Below the pieces are notes generated by a model that was not told the DNA's origin, did no database searches, and worked only from the letters and a program-made list of their open reading frames with translations. Made by a program: the position numbers and the translations under genes. Of a stretch of DNA of 64,000 bases, positions 28,651 to 41,600 are shown piece by piece (within the stretch, counting starts at the first letter, position 1; each line of letters starts with the position of its first letter). Where the stretch lies: contig CM022669.1 of assembly GCA_012295275.1 (NCBI GenBank), positions 5,332,001-5,396,000 on the forward strand. Reading direction: 5' to 3'. This DNA comes from Chrysomallon squamiferum. Taxonomy: Eukaryota > Animalia > Mollusca.

Positions 28651-29479
28651 ATGATTAACTTCAGTATCGACTTCCTTACAGGACAGACCAATGATCAGAG
28701 ACGTGATATTTTGGGAGTTGCCACTTAACTCTGTCTCCTCAAATGACTCCCTGTCCGTGACCAGCGACTCCGGCAGCAGCAGCGGGGACACTTCGGACCC
28801 CATCAGTTACGTCCTGATGTCTCTTGACAAAGCAGCTACAAATAACTTTGAAAATCTGCGTTCATCGAAACCAGACCATTCGTACATTGCGCTCATTTCC
28901 TTGGCAATCCTCAGTGATGTAAGAAAGAAGATGTTGCTAGGCGACATCTACCAGTACATCAGCGACAACTTTCCGTACTTCAACGACAAAAGCAAGGCAT
29001 GGAAAAACAGCATACGTCACAATCTCTCGCTGAACGAATGTTTCATCAAAAGCGGGCGGGCGGAAAACGGTAAGGGAAACTATTGGTCCGTTCATCCAGC
29101 TTGCGAAAACGACTTCGCCAAAGGCGACTTCCGACGTCGACATGCTCGTCGCCGTGCACGCAAAAGTTCCATGAAGGACGTCAGCGTTGCCAACATCTCT
29201 TCCGAGTACAGGAAAAATTTGGGCTATGTACCCATGACCCACTCGACCGTCGCGGCCTCGATGAACTTTCCCTGCTACTCGAGTACCCCTTCCATGTACC
29301 CAAGTCACATCTACTCGGCTCCTGCACAGATGCTGTACACAGGCCAAATGCCGTCGTCTCAGATGTCGCTGCTTCCGATGAACGTACCTGCACATATGCC
29401 GTCTGAGCAGAATTGGAATTGCGGTCTGTACAACGAAATGGGTCAAGTCAGCCAGGCCTATACCACGCTTTGTTACTAA
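28651..29479 (+). pseudogene. foxQ2: FoxQ2 copy 1 with a +1 frameshift (or a 262-aa eh1-less ORF from ATG 28691)
   Basis: The homologous ATG is at 28651 and the span is 829 bp rather than 828. TTTTGGGAG (28713-28715 GGG) replaces TTTTGGAG of copies 3 and 5-8, giving a stop at 28726-28728. Could be a sequencing error. Confidence 0.75.
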
Positions 29480-30579
29480 CTTTTTACAGAACATTGTTTG
29501 ACTTTATCACTGTGCCATTAATGTAAATACAATATCGTTGATATGTTAGCATGCAATAGTGTTAATACTGTTAGTGTTTGTTGTGAAGTCTTTGACATCG
29601 GAGAATAATATTTTTGTTTTCGAAAAGGAAAACATTTCACAGTTTTGTTTTGTTATTGTTATTGATCTCTGTTACGTTGTAAATATTTTTCCTGTTATTT
29701 CTTAATGTTATTTGTCAGGGAATATTTTATTTAATAAATACTGAATAAGAAGAAAACTGGTTTTGTTATTTATTAGATTATGTTTCATAACTGTTTTCAG
29801 TTCGGTGAAAGTGAATGTATTAGTAATATGGCTATTATCTTTACACCCACACATACACACACACACATACACTTATACACACAAACCCACACACATTACA
29901 CAAATAAGCACATACATATATACAATATATATATATATATATAGAAAAGCTATTATAGAAATATGATTATATAGACACACACACACAACAATATATTGCG
30001 AAACGCTATTAACATAGATACTCGGCCATGGTCGTATTGATAACGCTTATACCTACAAAGTCCGGCTTTTTCTTAGAAGTAACCTAATTTGATTAGCATT
30101 GTTTATTGTTTGGGCAGGATAACTGCACGTACAAAGAACTGCTAGACGGATATATTTTGGGTCAAATAAATAAATAACACAGACCCTATTTTAGGTCAAA
30201 AGTAAGCAAATAACCAATATATATATATATCAGTTTACTGCTGCTAAGATTAGAATTGCCGGAGTTAAACGAAACTGCTGATATTTTCGTTCCAAATTAG
30301 CCCATCTAAAGCCTGTTAATATTCGGCAATGATCTTTAATTTACGGTCTCCAGCAGCGATTAATGTGCATGACACGAAAATAGTCGAAGGTGTGTTATCT
30401 GGAACATTTAGTCCCGACTACTGTTGTGGGTGAGATTGTTGTTAACATACAGCAGTAGTTACTGAGGGATTTTTTTATTTTATTTTTTATTTTTTTTTGG
30501 TTTTTCCTTTCTGTTTTTTCTGTTTATAAAAAGGCACTTTGGTCCATTCATTCAAAAATGAGCTCTTACAACATCAACG

Positions 30580-30880
30580 GTTATTGCTGCTGCTTTTACT
30601 TCAACTGCTACTATTACTACTACTACCACTACTAATACTACCACTGATGCTGATTCTACTATACTACAATTACTAGTACTACTTCTATTACTAGTAGTAT
30701 TAAAACTACTAGCATTACAGCTCGTACTGGTATTATTGCTACTACCGCTGCTGCTATTAGAACTGCTATTGCTACGACTACTATTACTACTAAAACTGCT
30801 ACCTTTGTTATATTTGATAAAAAAAAAAAAAAAAAACTTACTGCCATCTCCACCACTACAACTACAGTTACTACTTCTTT
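30580..30880. repeat. Degenerate (CTA/TAG)n trinucleotide tract in the unit spacer
   Basis: TACTACTAC/GTAGTAGCA low-complexity block, also at ~24030-24330, 35175-35470, 39760-40050, 49290-49580, 54230-54530 and 59790-60090. It is the source of the spurious S/N/V-rich ORFs. Confidence 0.85.
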
Positions 30881-33039
30881 TAATAGGATCTGAATTCTGA
30901 GTAGATGTATAAGCACCTGTGTTTGTTCTTCTGACATGCATGGGAACATTGGCACCAGTTAATTAGAACAGGTAGAAACTTTTAACTGAGACCAATTAAC
31001 GATGATTATATTATGTCATGAAAGATATCATACAGTACCTTATTACAGCAATATATATATATATATAAACATACATACATACACACACACATTCACACAC
31101 AAACACACTGCATATATATATTTCTCAAAATGTATGTATCTGTATGTGTGTATGAATGTATGTATGTGTGTAGGTAAGTAAATAATAATGTATATATATA
31201 TTTATGTGTATATTAGAATGTTTGTATATGTGTAAGTATGTACAAAAACGAAGGACAAATTTATTTTTAATGTGTCAGATAGATTGCTATTCAAAGTTAT
31301 TTTTCCTTGAATAAAAGAGAAAGAAAAACAGGAAAATAATAAAATGAAATGGTAACAAGAAGATTCTATCAAACCGCACCTTTTCACAACAATAAATAAC
31401 TGTGAAAGGTGTATGGCCACTTTCATTCTGTTGCCTGGAAACGTATTCTATGTCTAGCTTTAGTGTTGAAACGAGTAAGATAATTTTTTTCGATATTTTA
31501 GTGCGTTTTTTATATTACACCCATATAAAAATGTGTTCAGAATACGGTTTATATATATATATATACATACACGTTACTCGTTGGTTCAGAAACCTAGAAA
31601 ATCGCGTGTCCCCAGCATGGCGCATAAATTGTTGGTACGTCAATCCGCCATTTTTGTATTTAAATAGTTTTCGCAGTTTATTCCATGAAATTATAAATTA
31701 GAAACAGGTAGTAAAATGTATTTTCTCACTATATAAGCAAGACTTCGTCTGAACTGCTCTACTGTTCATTAGTATGTCTGTGAAAATTAAAAATACATAT
31801 ATTTCTTTAAATCGATTATTTATTATGACTACTTTTTTCGACAACCCATAAACCGCCAAAATATAGACAATTATTCCACAATTATTAAAACACATAATGC
31901 CACACCTTGTGGAACAAAGAATATTAACTTCAGATGTAACATGTTTGTAGTAATTGTTTTATTTTCCTTACTATTCGTTTGATTTTTAACTTTGAATTCA
32001 CATTTCAAATGAACAAAATATATTTAACCCTCAGTAATCATTTTCAATCATTTTCTGCCGAACTCACCAGCAAAACGGACAAAGCGTGAGGATGTGGGTA
32101 TATGCCATGAATCAGCTTTTACAAATGATAGGCGTAGCTACGTTTTGTTTTTAACCTTGCATTAGCCTTAACATACCCATGATGCACTGCTGCAAACACG
32201 ACCGTTTGTTTCTTTTTCTGTGTTGTTCATAAACATATTTGTGAAACAAGAACCAAACAATGATACTGTTTGCTACAGTTTTACACTATCATGTCCAGAA
32301 ATAATTAACTAAACATGTTAATTGAAGCAAATTCCATTCACTTCTCATAAAGTTTCATTGTATAATAATCACACTGTTCATTCATTACTTACAAAATGTA
32401 AACACAGTAACATATCGCTCAAGTGATAAACAAAAAACATGTCACAGATCTGTCGTGGAGAATAAAACAAGAGAAAACAAAAATAAACAAAAATAACATT
32501 TACAAAAGCCATCTAAAATAAATATAAGCAAAGCAGTATAACATACATACATCAATACATGTATGCAATATACATAAATAGAAAAGAAAAACAAAAAAAT
32601 GATTATATAGAAACACACATACACTTATATATACATATACATATACATACGTATGCATGCATACATATATACATGCACACATACATACATGCATAAAACA
32701 TACAGTACCAATGTAAATATTATCATCGAAGGCTTAATCCTGATTACTGCAGGTACAAAGGACTCGTAGAAGGACGTATTTTTATTAAATAAATAATTAA
32801 CAGAAAAATTACGTATTTTAGGTCAAAAGTAAGAAAGTAACCAATTTATTTATAAACAAAGACTCTTTTCTAAAGAATTGACGTATAAAGTATATGAAAA
32901 AAGTAATTTAATAACAATAATAATAACAATAGACAAATGCAATGTAAATGAAATGAACGAATTTTTGCATAATAATTATGTTTTTTGTGCGTATGTAGAT
33001 ATGTATATGTGCATGCGACAAACTGTGAAAATTTCCACG

Positions 33040-33130
33040 ATCAGCCAATCAGAATGAAGACATATTCGACCAATCAAAAGAGACGACATATCATTATATA
33101 AGGCCGACGTGGCCAAGACACTTCACCTTC
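33040..33130 (+). promoter_or_regulatory. FoxQ2 core promoter: two CCAAT boxes plus TATA (representative; one per copy)
   Basis: CCAAT at 33045 and 33070, TATATAA at 33095-33101, and a pyrimidine Inr-like CTTCACCTTC ~25-30 bp downstream, ~110 bp before the ATG. Equivalent TATA boxes at 28502 and 37690 (+) and 47020, 51850, 57025 and 62746 (-). Confidence 0.7.
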
Positions 33131-33238
33131 AGATTCACTGTTTCAAATAATACTTACTGTAATTTCTGCTGCAAGAAAAGATTTTAAAAAGAACGAAAGA
33201 AAGAAGATTTCAGCGTTCAAAGAAAAAATCGTCCAGCT

Positions 33239-34066
33239 ATGATTAACTTCAGCATCGACTTCCTTACAGGACAGACCAATGATCAGAGACGTGACATTAT
33301 TGAGTTGCCACTTAACTCTGTCTCCTCAAATGAGTCCCTGTCCGTGACCAGCGACTCCGGCAGCAGCAGCGGGGACACTTCGGACCCCATCAGTTACGTC
33401 CTGATGTCTCTTGACAAAGCAGCTACAAATAACTTTGAAAATCTGCGTTCATCGAAACCAGACCATTCGTACATTGCGCTCATTTCCTTGGCAATCCTCA
33501 GTGATGTAAGAAAGAAGATGTTGCTAGGCGACATCTACCAGTACATCAGCGACAACTTTCCGTACTTCAACGACAAAAGCAAGGCATGGAAAAACAGCAT
33601 ACGTCACAATCTCTCGCTGAACGAATGTTTCATCAAAAGCGGGCGGGCGGAAAACGGTAAGGGAAACTATTGGTCCGTTCATCCAGCTTGCGAAAACGAC
33701 TTCGCCAAAGGCGACTTCCGACGTCGACATGCTCGTCGCCGTGCACGCAAAAGTTCCATGAAGGACGTCAGCGTTGCCAACATCTCTTCCGAGTACAGGA
33801 AAAATTTGGGCTATGTACCCATGACCCACTCGACCGTCGCGGCCTCGATAAACTTTCCCTGCTACTGGAGTACGCCTGCCATGTACCCCAGTCACATCTA
33901 CTCGGCTCCTGCACAGATGCTGTACACAGGCCAAATGCCGTCGTCTCAGATGTCGCTGCTTCCGATGAACGTACCTGCACAGATGTCGTCTGAACAGAAT
34001 TGGAATTGCGGTCTGTACAACGAAATGGGTCAAGTCAGCCAGGCCTATACCACGCTTTGTTACTAA
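33239..34066 (+). CDS. foxQ2: Forkhead box Q2-class transcription factor, copy 2 (275 aa, intronless)
   Basis: Forkhead domain KPDHSYIALISLAILS...LLGDIYQYI...WKNSIRHNLSLNECFIKSGRAENGKGNYWSVHPA...DFAKGDFRRR. The LL-DIY, GR--NGKG--W--HPA and GDF-RR signatures are FoxQ2-like. N-terminal eh1 motif FSIDFL and basic NLS-like RRRHARRRARK. Confidence 0.93.
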   Translation: MINFSIDFLTGQTNDQRRDIIELPLNSVSSNESLSVTSDSGSSSGDTSDPISYVLMSLDKAATNNFENLRSSKPDHSYIALISLAILSDVRKKMLLGDIYQYISDNFPYFNDKSKAWKNSIRHNLSLNECFIKSGRAENGKGNYWSVHPACENDFAKGDFRRRHARRRARKSSMKDVSVANISSEYRKNLGYVPMTHSTVAASINFPCYWSTPAMYPSHIYSAPAQMLYTGQMPSSQMSLLPMNVPAQMSSEQNWNCGLYNEMGQVSQAYTTLCY

Positions 34067-34312
34067 CTTTTTACAGAACATTGTTTGACTTTATCACTGT
34101 GCCATTAATATAAATACAATATCGTTGATATGTTAGCATGCAATAGTGTTAATACTGTTAGTGTTTGTTGTGAAGTCTTTGACATCGGAGAATAATATTT
34201 TTTGTTTTCGAAAAGGAAAACATTTCACATTTTTGTTTTGTTATTGTTATTGATCTCTGTTACGTTGTAAATATTTTTCCTGTTATTTCTTAATGTTATT
34301 TGTCAGGGAATA

Positions 34313-34326
34313 TTTTATTTAATAAA
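34313..34326 (+). terminator. PolyA signal AATAAA preceded by a CPE-like TTTTAT (representative)
   Basis: TTTTATTTAATAAA ~255 nt after the stop. The same is at 29725-29738; copy 3 has the ATTAAA variant at 38915-38920. Confidence 0.55.
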
Positions 34327-34503
34327 TACTGAATAAGAAGAAAACTGGTTTTGTTATTTATTAGATTATGTTTCATAACTGTTTTCAGTTCGGTGAAAGT
34401 GAATGTATTAGTAATATGGCTATTATCTTTACACCCACACATACACACACACACATACACTTATACACACAAACCCACACACATTACACAAATAAGCACA
34501 TAC

Positions 34504-34538
<35 letters not shown>

Positions 34539-37500
34539 GAAAAGCTATTATAGAAATATGATTATATAGATACACACACACAACAATATATAGCGAAACG
34601 CTATTAACATAGATACTCGGCCATGGTCGTATTGATAACGCTTATACCTACAAAGTCCGGCTTTTTCTTAGAAGTAACCTAATTTGATTAGCATTGTTTA
34701 TTGTTTGGGCAGGATAACTGCACGTACAAAGAACTGCTAGACGGATATATTTTGGGTCAAATAAATAAATAACACAGACCCTATTTTAGGTCAAAAGTAA
34801 GCAAATAACCAATATATATATATCAGTTTACTGCTGCTAAGATTAGAATGGCCGGAGTTAAACGAAACTGCTGATATTTTCGTTCCAAATTAGCCCATCT
34901 AAAGCCTGTTAATATTCGGCAATGATCTTTAATTTACGGTCTCCAGCAGCGATTAATGTGCATGACACGAAAATAGTCGAAGGTGTGTTATCTGGAACAT
35001 TTAGTCCCGACTACTGTTGTGGGTGAGATTGTTGTTAACATACAGCAGTAGTTACTGAGGGATTTTTTTATTTTATTTTTATTTTTTTTTGGTTTTTCCT
35101 TTCTGTTTTTTCTGTTTATAAAAAGGCACTTTGGTCCATTCATTCAAAAATGAGCTCTTACAACATCAACGGTTATTGCTGCTGCTTTTACTTCAACTGC
35201 TACTATTACTACTACTACCACTACTAATACTACCACTGATGCTGATTCTACTATACTACAATTACTAGTACTACTTCTATTACTAGTAGTATTAAAACTA
35301 CTAGCATTACAGCTCGTACTGGTATTATTGCTACCGCTGCTGCTATTAGAACTGCTATTGCTACGACTACTATTACTACTAAAACTGCTACCTTTGTTAT
35401 ATTTGATAAAACAAAAAATAAAAAAAACTTACTGCCATCTCCACCACTACAACTACAGTTACTACTTCTTTTAATAGGATCTGAATTCTGAGTAGATGTA
35501 TAAGCACCTGTGTTTGTTCTTCTGACATGCATGGGAACATTGGCACCAGTTAATTAGAACAGGTAGAAACTTTTAACTGAGACCAATTAACGATGATTAT
35601 ATTATGTCATGAAAGATATCATACAGTACCTTATTACAGCAATATATATATATATAAACATACATACATACACACACACATTCACACACAAACACACTGC
35701 ATATATATATTTCTCAAAATGTATGTATCTGTATGTGTGTATGTAAGTAAATAATAATGTATATATATATTTATGTGTATATTAGAATGTTTGTATATGT
35801 GTAAGTATGTACAAAAACGAAGGACAAATTTATTTTTAATGTGTCAGATAGATTGCTATTCAAAGTTATTTTTCCTTGAATAAAAGAGAAAGAAAAACAG
35901 GAAAATAATAAAATGAAATGGTAACAAGAAGATTCTATCAAACCGCACCTTTTCACAACAATAAATAACTGTGAAAGGTGTATGGCCACTTTCATTCTGT
36001 TGCCTGGAAACGTATTCTATGTCTAGCTTTAGTGTTGAAACGAGTAAGATAATTTTTTCGATATTTTAGTGCGTTTTTTATATTACACCCATATAAAAAT
36101 GTGTTCAGAATACGGTTTATATATATATATATATACATACACGTTACTCGTTGGTTCAGAAACCTAGAAAATCGCGTGTCCCCAGCATGGCGCATAAATT
36201 GTTGGTACGTCAATCCGCCATTTTTGTATTTAAATAGTTTTCGCAGTTTATTCCATGAAATTATAAATTAGAAACAGGTAGTAAAATGTATTTTCTCACT
36301 ATATAAGCAAGACTTCGTCTGAACTGCTCTACTGTTCATTAGTATGTCTGTGAAATTTAAAAATACATATATTTCTTTAAATCGATTATTTATTATGACT
36401 ACTTTTTTCGACAACCCATGAACCGCCAAAATATAGACAATTATTCCACAATTATTAAAACACATAATGCCACACCTTGTGGAACAAAGAATATTAACTT
36501 CAGATGTAACATGTTTGTAGTAATTGTTTTATTTTCCTTACTATTCGTTTGATTTTTAACTTTGAATTCGCATTTCAAATGAACAAAATATATTTAACCC
36601 TCAGTAATCATTAACGACAAGGCAAGTCCCTTGTTTCAATTTTCTGCCGAACTCGCCAGCAAAACGGACAAAGCGTGAGGATGTGGATATATGCCATGAA
36701 TCAACTTTTACAAATGATGAGCTTAGCTACGTTTTGTTTTTTAACCTTGCATTAGCCTTAACATACCCATGATGCACTGATTCAAACACGACTGTTTGTT
36801 TCTTTTTCCGTGTTGTTCATAAAAATATTTGTGAAACAAGAACCAAACAATGATACTGTTTGCTACAGTTTTACACTATCATGTCCAGAAATAACTTACT
36901 AAACATGTTAACTGAAGCAAACTCCATTCACATCAGGTAAAGTTTCTTTGTATAATAATGACACTGTTCAATCATTACTTACAAAATGTAAACACAGTAA
37001 CATATCGCTCAAGTGATAAACAAAAAGCATGTCATAGATATGACGTGGAGAATTAAACAAGAGAAAACAAAAATAAACAAAAATAACATTTGCAAAATCC
37101 CTCTAAAATAAATATATAAATAAATAAATATAAGCAAAGCAATATAACGTACATACATGAATACATGTATACAATATACATAAATAGAAAAGAAAAACAA
37201 TATAGAAACACACATACACTTATATATACATATACATATACATACGTATGCATGGATACATATATACATGCACACATACATACATGCATAAAACATACAG
37301 TATCAATTTAAATATTATCAACGAAGGCTTAATCCTGATTACTGCAGGTACAAAGGACTGGTAGAAGGACGTATTTTTATTAAATAAATAATTAACAGGA
37401 AAATGACGTATTTTAGGTCAAAAGTAAGAAAGTAACCAATTTATTTATAAACAAAGAATCTTTTCTAAAGAATTGACGTATAAAGTATATGAAAAAAGTA

Positions 37501-37832
37501 ATTTAATAACAATAATAATAACAATAGACAAATGCAATGTAAATGAAATGAACGGATTTTTGCATAATAATTATGTTTTTTGTCCGTATGTAGACTTGTA
37601 TACGTGCATGCGACAAACTGTGAAAATTTCCACCATCAGCGAATCAGAATGAAGACATGTTCGACCAATCAAAAGAGACGACATATCATTATATAAGGCC
37701 GACGTGGCCAAGACACTTCACTTCCAGATTCACTGTTTCAAATAATACTTACTGTAATTTCTGCTGCAAGAAAAGATTTTAAAAGAACGAAAGAAAGAAG
37801 ATTTCAGCGTTCAAAGAAAAAATCGTCCAGCT

Positions 37833-38660
37833 ATGATTAACTTCAGCATCGACTTCCTTACAGGACAGACCAATGATCAGAGACGTGATATTTTGGAGTT
37901 GCCACTTAACTCTGTCTCCTCAAATGAGTCCCTGTCCGTGACCAGCGACTCCGGCAGCAGCAGCGGGGACACTTCGGACCCCATCAGTTACGTCCTGATG
38001 TCTCTTGACAAAGCAGCTACAAATAACTTTGAAAATCTGCGTTCATCGAAACCAGACCATTCGTACATTGCGCTCATTTCCTTGGCAATCCTCAGTGATG
38101 TAAGAAAGAAGATGTTGCTAGGCGACATCTACCAGTACATCAGCGACAACTTTCCGTACTTCAACGACAAAAGCAAGGCATGGAAAAACAGCATACGTCA
38201 CAATCTCTCGCTGAACGAATGTTTCATCAAAAGCGGGCGGGCGGAAAACGGTAAGGGAAACTATTGGTCCGTTCATCCAGCTTGCGAAAACGACTTCGCC
38301 AAAGGCGACTTCCGACGTCGACATGCTCGTCGCCGTGCACGCAAAAGTTCCATGAAGGACGTCAGCGTTGCCAACATCTCTTCCGAGTACAGGAAAAATT
38401 TGGGCTATGTACCCATGACCCACTCGACCGTCGCGGCCTCGATAAACTTTCCCTGCTACTCGAGTACGCCTGCCATGTACCCAAGTCACATCTACTCGGC
38501 TCCTGCACAGATGCTGTACACAGGCCAAATGCCGTCGTCTCAGATGTCGCTGCTTCCGATGAACGTACCTGCACAGATGCCGTCTGAACAGAATTGGAAT
38601 TGCGGTCTGTACAACGAAATGGGTCAAGTCAGCCAGGCCTATACCACGCTTTGTTACTAA
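37833..38660 (+). CDS. foxQ2: FoxQ2-class transcription factor, copy 3 (275 aa)
   Basis: Intact ORF differing from copy 2 at three residues. Confidence 0.93.
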   Translation: MINFSIDFLTGQTNDQRRDILELPLNSVSSNESLSVTSDSGSSSGDTSDPISYVLMSLDKAATNNFENLRSSKPDHSYIALISLAILSDVRKKMLLGDIYQYISDNFPYFNDKSKAWKNSIRHNLSLNECFIKSGRAENGKGNYWSVHPACENDFAKGDFRRRHARRRARKSSMKDVSVANISSEYRKNLGYVPMTHSTVAASINFPCYSSTPAMYPSHIYSAPAQMLYTGQMPSSQMSLLPMNVPAQMPSEQNWNCGLYNEMGQVSQAYTTLCY

Positions 38661-41600
38661 CTTTTTACAGAACATTGTTTGACTTTATCACTGTGCCATT
38701 AATGTAAATACAATATCGTTGATATGTTAGCATGCAATAGTGTTAATACTGTTAGTGTTTGTTGTGAAGTCTTTGACATCGGAGAATAATATTTTTTGTT
38801 TTCGAAAAGGAAAACATTTCACATTTTTGTTTTGTTATTGTTATTGATCTCTGTTACGTTGTAAATATTTTTCCTGTTATTTCTTAATGTTATTTGTCAG
38901 GGAATATTTTATTTATTAAATACTGAATAAGAAGAAAACTGGTTTTGTTATTTATTAGATTATGTTTCATAACTGTTTTCAGTTCGGTGAAAGTGAATGT
39001 ATTAGTAATATGGCTATTATCTTTACACCCACACATACACACACACACATACACTTATACACACAAACCCACACACATTACACAAATAAGCACATACATA
39101 TATACAATATATATATATATATAGAAAAGCTATTATAGAAATATGATTATATAGATACACACACACAACAATATATAGCGAAACGCTATTAACATAGATA
39201 CTCGGCCATGGTCGTATTGATAACGCTTATACCTACAAAGTCCGGCTTTTTCTTAGAAGTAACCTAATTTGATTAGCATTGATTATTGTTTGGGCAGGAT
39301 AACTGCTCGTACAAAGAACTGCTAGACGGATATATTTTGGGTCAAATAAATAAATAACACAGACCCTATTTTAGGTCAAAAGTAAGCAAATAACCAATAT
39401 ATATATATCAGTTTACTGCTGCTAAGATTAGAATTGCCGGAGTTAAACGAAACTGCTGATATTTTCGTTCCAAATTAGCCCATCTAAAGCCTGTTAATAT
39501 TCGGCAATGATCTTTAATTTACGGTCTCCAGCAGCGATTAATGTGCATGACACGAAAATAGTCGAAGGTGTGTTATCTGGAACATTTAGTCCCGACTACT
39601 GTTGTGGGTGAGATTGTTGTTAACATACAGCAGTAATTACTGAGGGATTTTTTTATTTTATTTTTATTTTTTTTTGGTTTTTCCTTTCTGTTTTTTCTGT
39701 TTATAAAAAGGCACTTTGGTCCATTCATTCAAAAATGAGCTCTTACAACATCAACGGTTATTTGCTGCTTTTACTTCAACTGCTACTATTACTACTACTA
39801 CCACTACTAATACTACCACTGATGCTGATTCTACTATACTACAATTACTAGTACTACTTCTATTACTAGTAGTATTAAAACTACTAGCATTACAGCTCGT
39901 ACTGGTATTATTGCTACCGCTGCTGCTATTAGAACTGCTATTGCTACGACTACTATTACTACTAAAACTGCTACCTTTGTTATATTTGATTAAAAAAAAA
40001 AAAAAAAAAAACTTACTGCCATCTCCACCACTACAACTACAGTTACTACTTCTTTTAATAGGATCTGAATTCTGAGTAGATGTATAAGCACCTGTGTTTG
40101 TTCTTCTGACATGCATGGGAACATTGGCACCAGTTAATTAGAACAGGTAGAAACTTTTAACTGAGACTAATTAACGATGATTATATTATGTCATGAAAGA
40201 TATCATACAGTACCTTGTTACAGCAATATATATATATATATAAACATACATACATACACACACACATTCACACACAAACACACTGCATATATATATTTCT
40301 CAAAATGTATGTATCTGTATATGTGTATGTAAGTAAATAATAATGTATATATATATTTATGTGTATATTAGAATGTTTGTATATGTGTAAGTATGTACAA
40401 AAACGAAGGACAAATTTATTTTTAATGTGTCAGATAGATTGCTATTCAAAGTTATTTTTCCTTGAATAAAAGAGAAAGAAAAACAGGAAAATAATAAAAT
40501 GAAATGGTAACAAGAAGATTCTATCAAACCGCACCTTTTCACAACAATAAATAACTGTGAAAGGTGTATGGCCACTTTCATTCTGTTGCCTGGAAACGTA
40601 TTCTATGTCTAGCTTTAGTGTTGAAACGAGTAAGATAATTTTTTCGATATTTTAGTGCGTTTTTTATATTACACCCATATAAAAATGTGTTCAGAATACG
40701 GTTTATATATATATATATATATATATATACACGTTACTCGTTGGTTCAGAAACCTAGAAAAATCGCGTGTCCTCAGCATGGCGCATAAATTGTTGGTACG
40801 TCAATCCGCCATTTTTGTATTTAAATAGTTTTCGCAGTTTATTCCATGAAATTATAAATTAGAAACAGGTAGTAAAATGTATTTTCTCACTATATAAGCA
40901 AGGCTTCGTCTGAACTGCTCTACTGTTCATTAGTATGTCTGTGAAAATTAAAAATACATATATTTCTTTAAATCGATTATTTATTATGACTAATTTTTCG
41001 ACAACCCATCAACCGCCAAAATATAGAAAATTATTCCACAATTATTAAAACACATAATGCCACACCTTGTGGAACAAAGAATATTAACTTCAGATGTAAC
41101 ATGTTTGTAGTAATTGTTTTATTTTCCTTACTATTCGTTTGATTTTTAACTTTGAATTCGCATTTCAAATGAACAAAATATATTTAACCCTCAGTAATCA
41201 TTAACGACAAGGCAAGTCCCTTCTTTCAATTTTCTGCCGAACTCGCCAGTAAAACGGACAAAGCGTGAGGATGTGGGTATATGCCATGAATCAACTTTTA
41301 CAAATGATCAGCTTAGCTGCGTTTTGTTCTTTAACCTTGCTTTAGCCTTCACATACCCATGATGCACTGCTGCAAACACGACTGTTTGTTTCTTTTTCCG
41401 TGTTGTTCATAAAAATATTTGTGAAACAAGAACCAAACAATGATACTGTTTGCTACAGTTTTACACTATCATGTCCAGAAATAACTTACTAAACATGTTA
41501 ACTGAAGCAAACTCCATTCACATCAGGTAAAGTTTCTTTGTATAATAATGACACTGTTCATTCATTTCTTACAAAATGTAAACACAGTAACATATCGCTC

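Noticed and set aside
30552-30955. Ser/Asn-rich and Val/Ile-rich ORFs in the spacer (also 35251, 39716, 49211, 54155, 59715)
   Set aside because: Translations of a degenerate trinucleotide tract; the frame changes between copies at a variable poly-A/T run.
33524-34081. 185-aa antisense ORF (MFCKKLVTKRG...) and 107/70-aa alternative-frame ORFs overlapping every FoxQ2 copy
   Set aside because: Shadow ORFs of a GC-rich CDS. Their recurrence reflects near-identity of the copies, and they have no recognisable domain or promoter.
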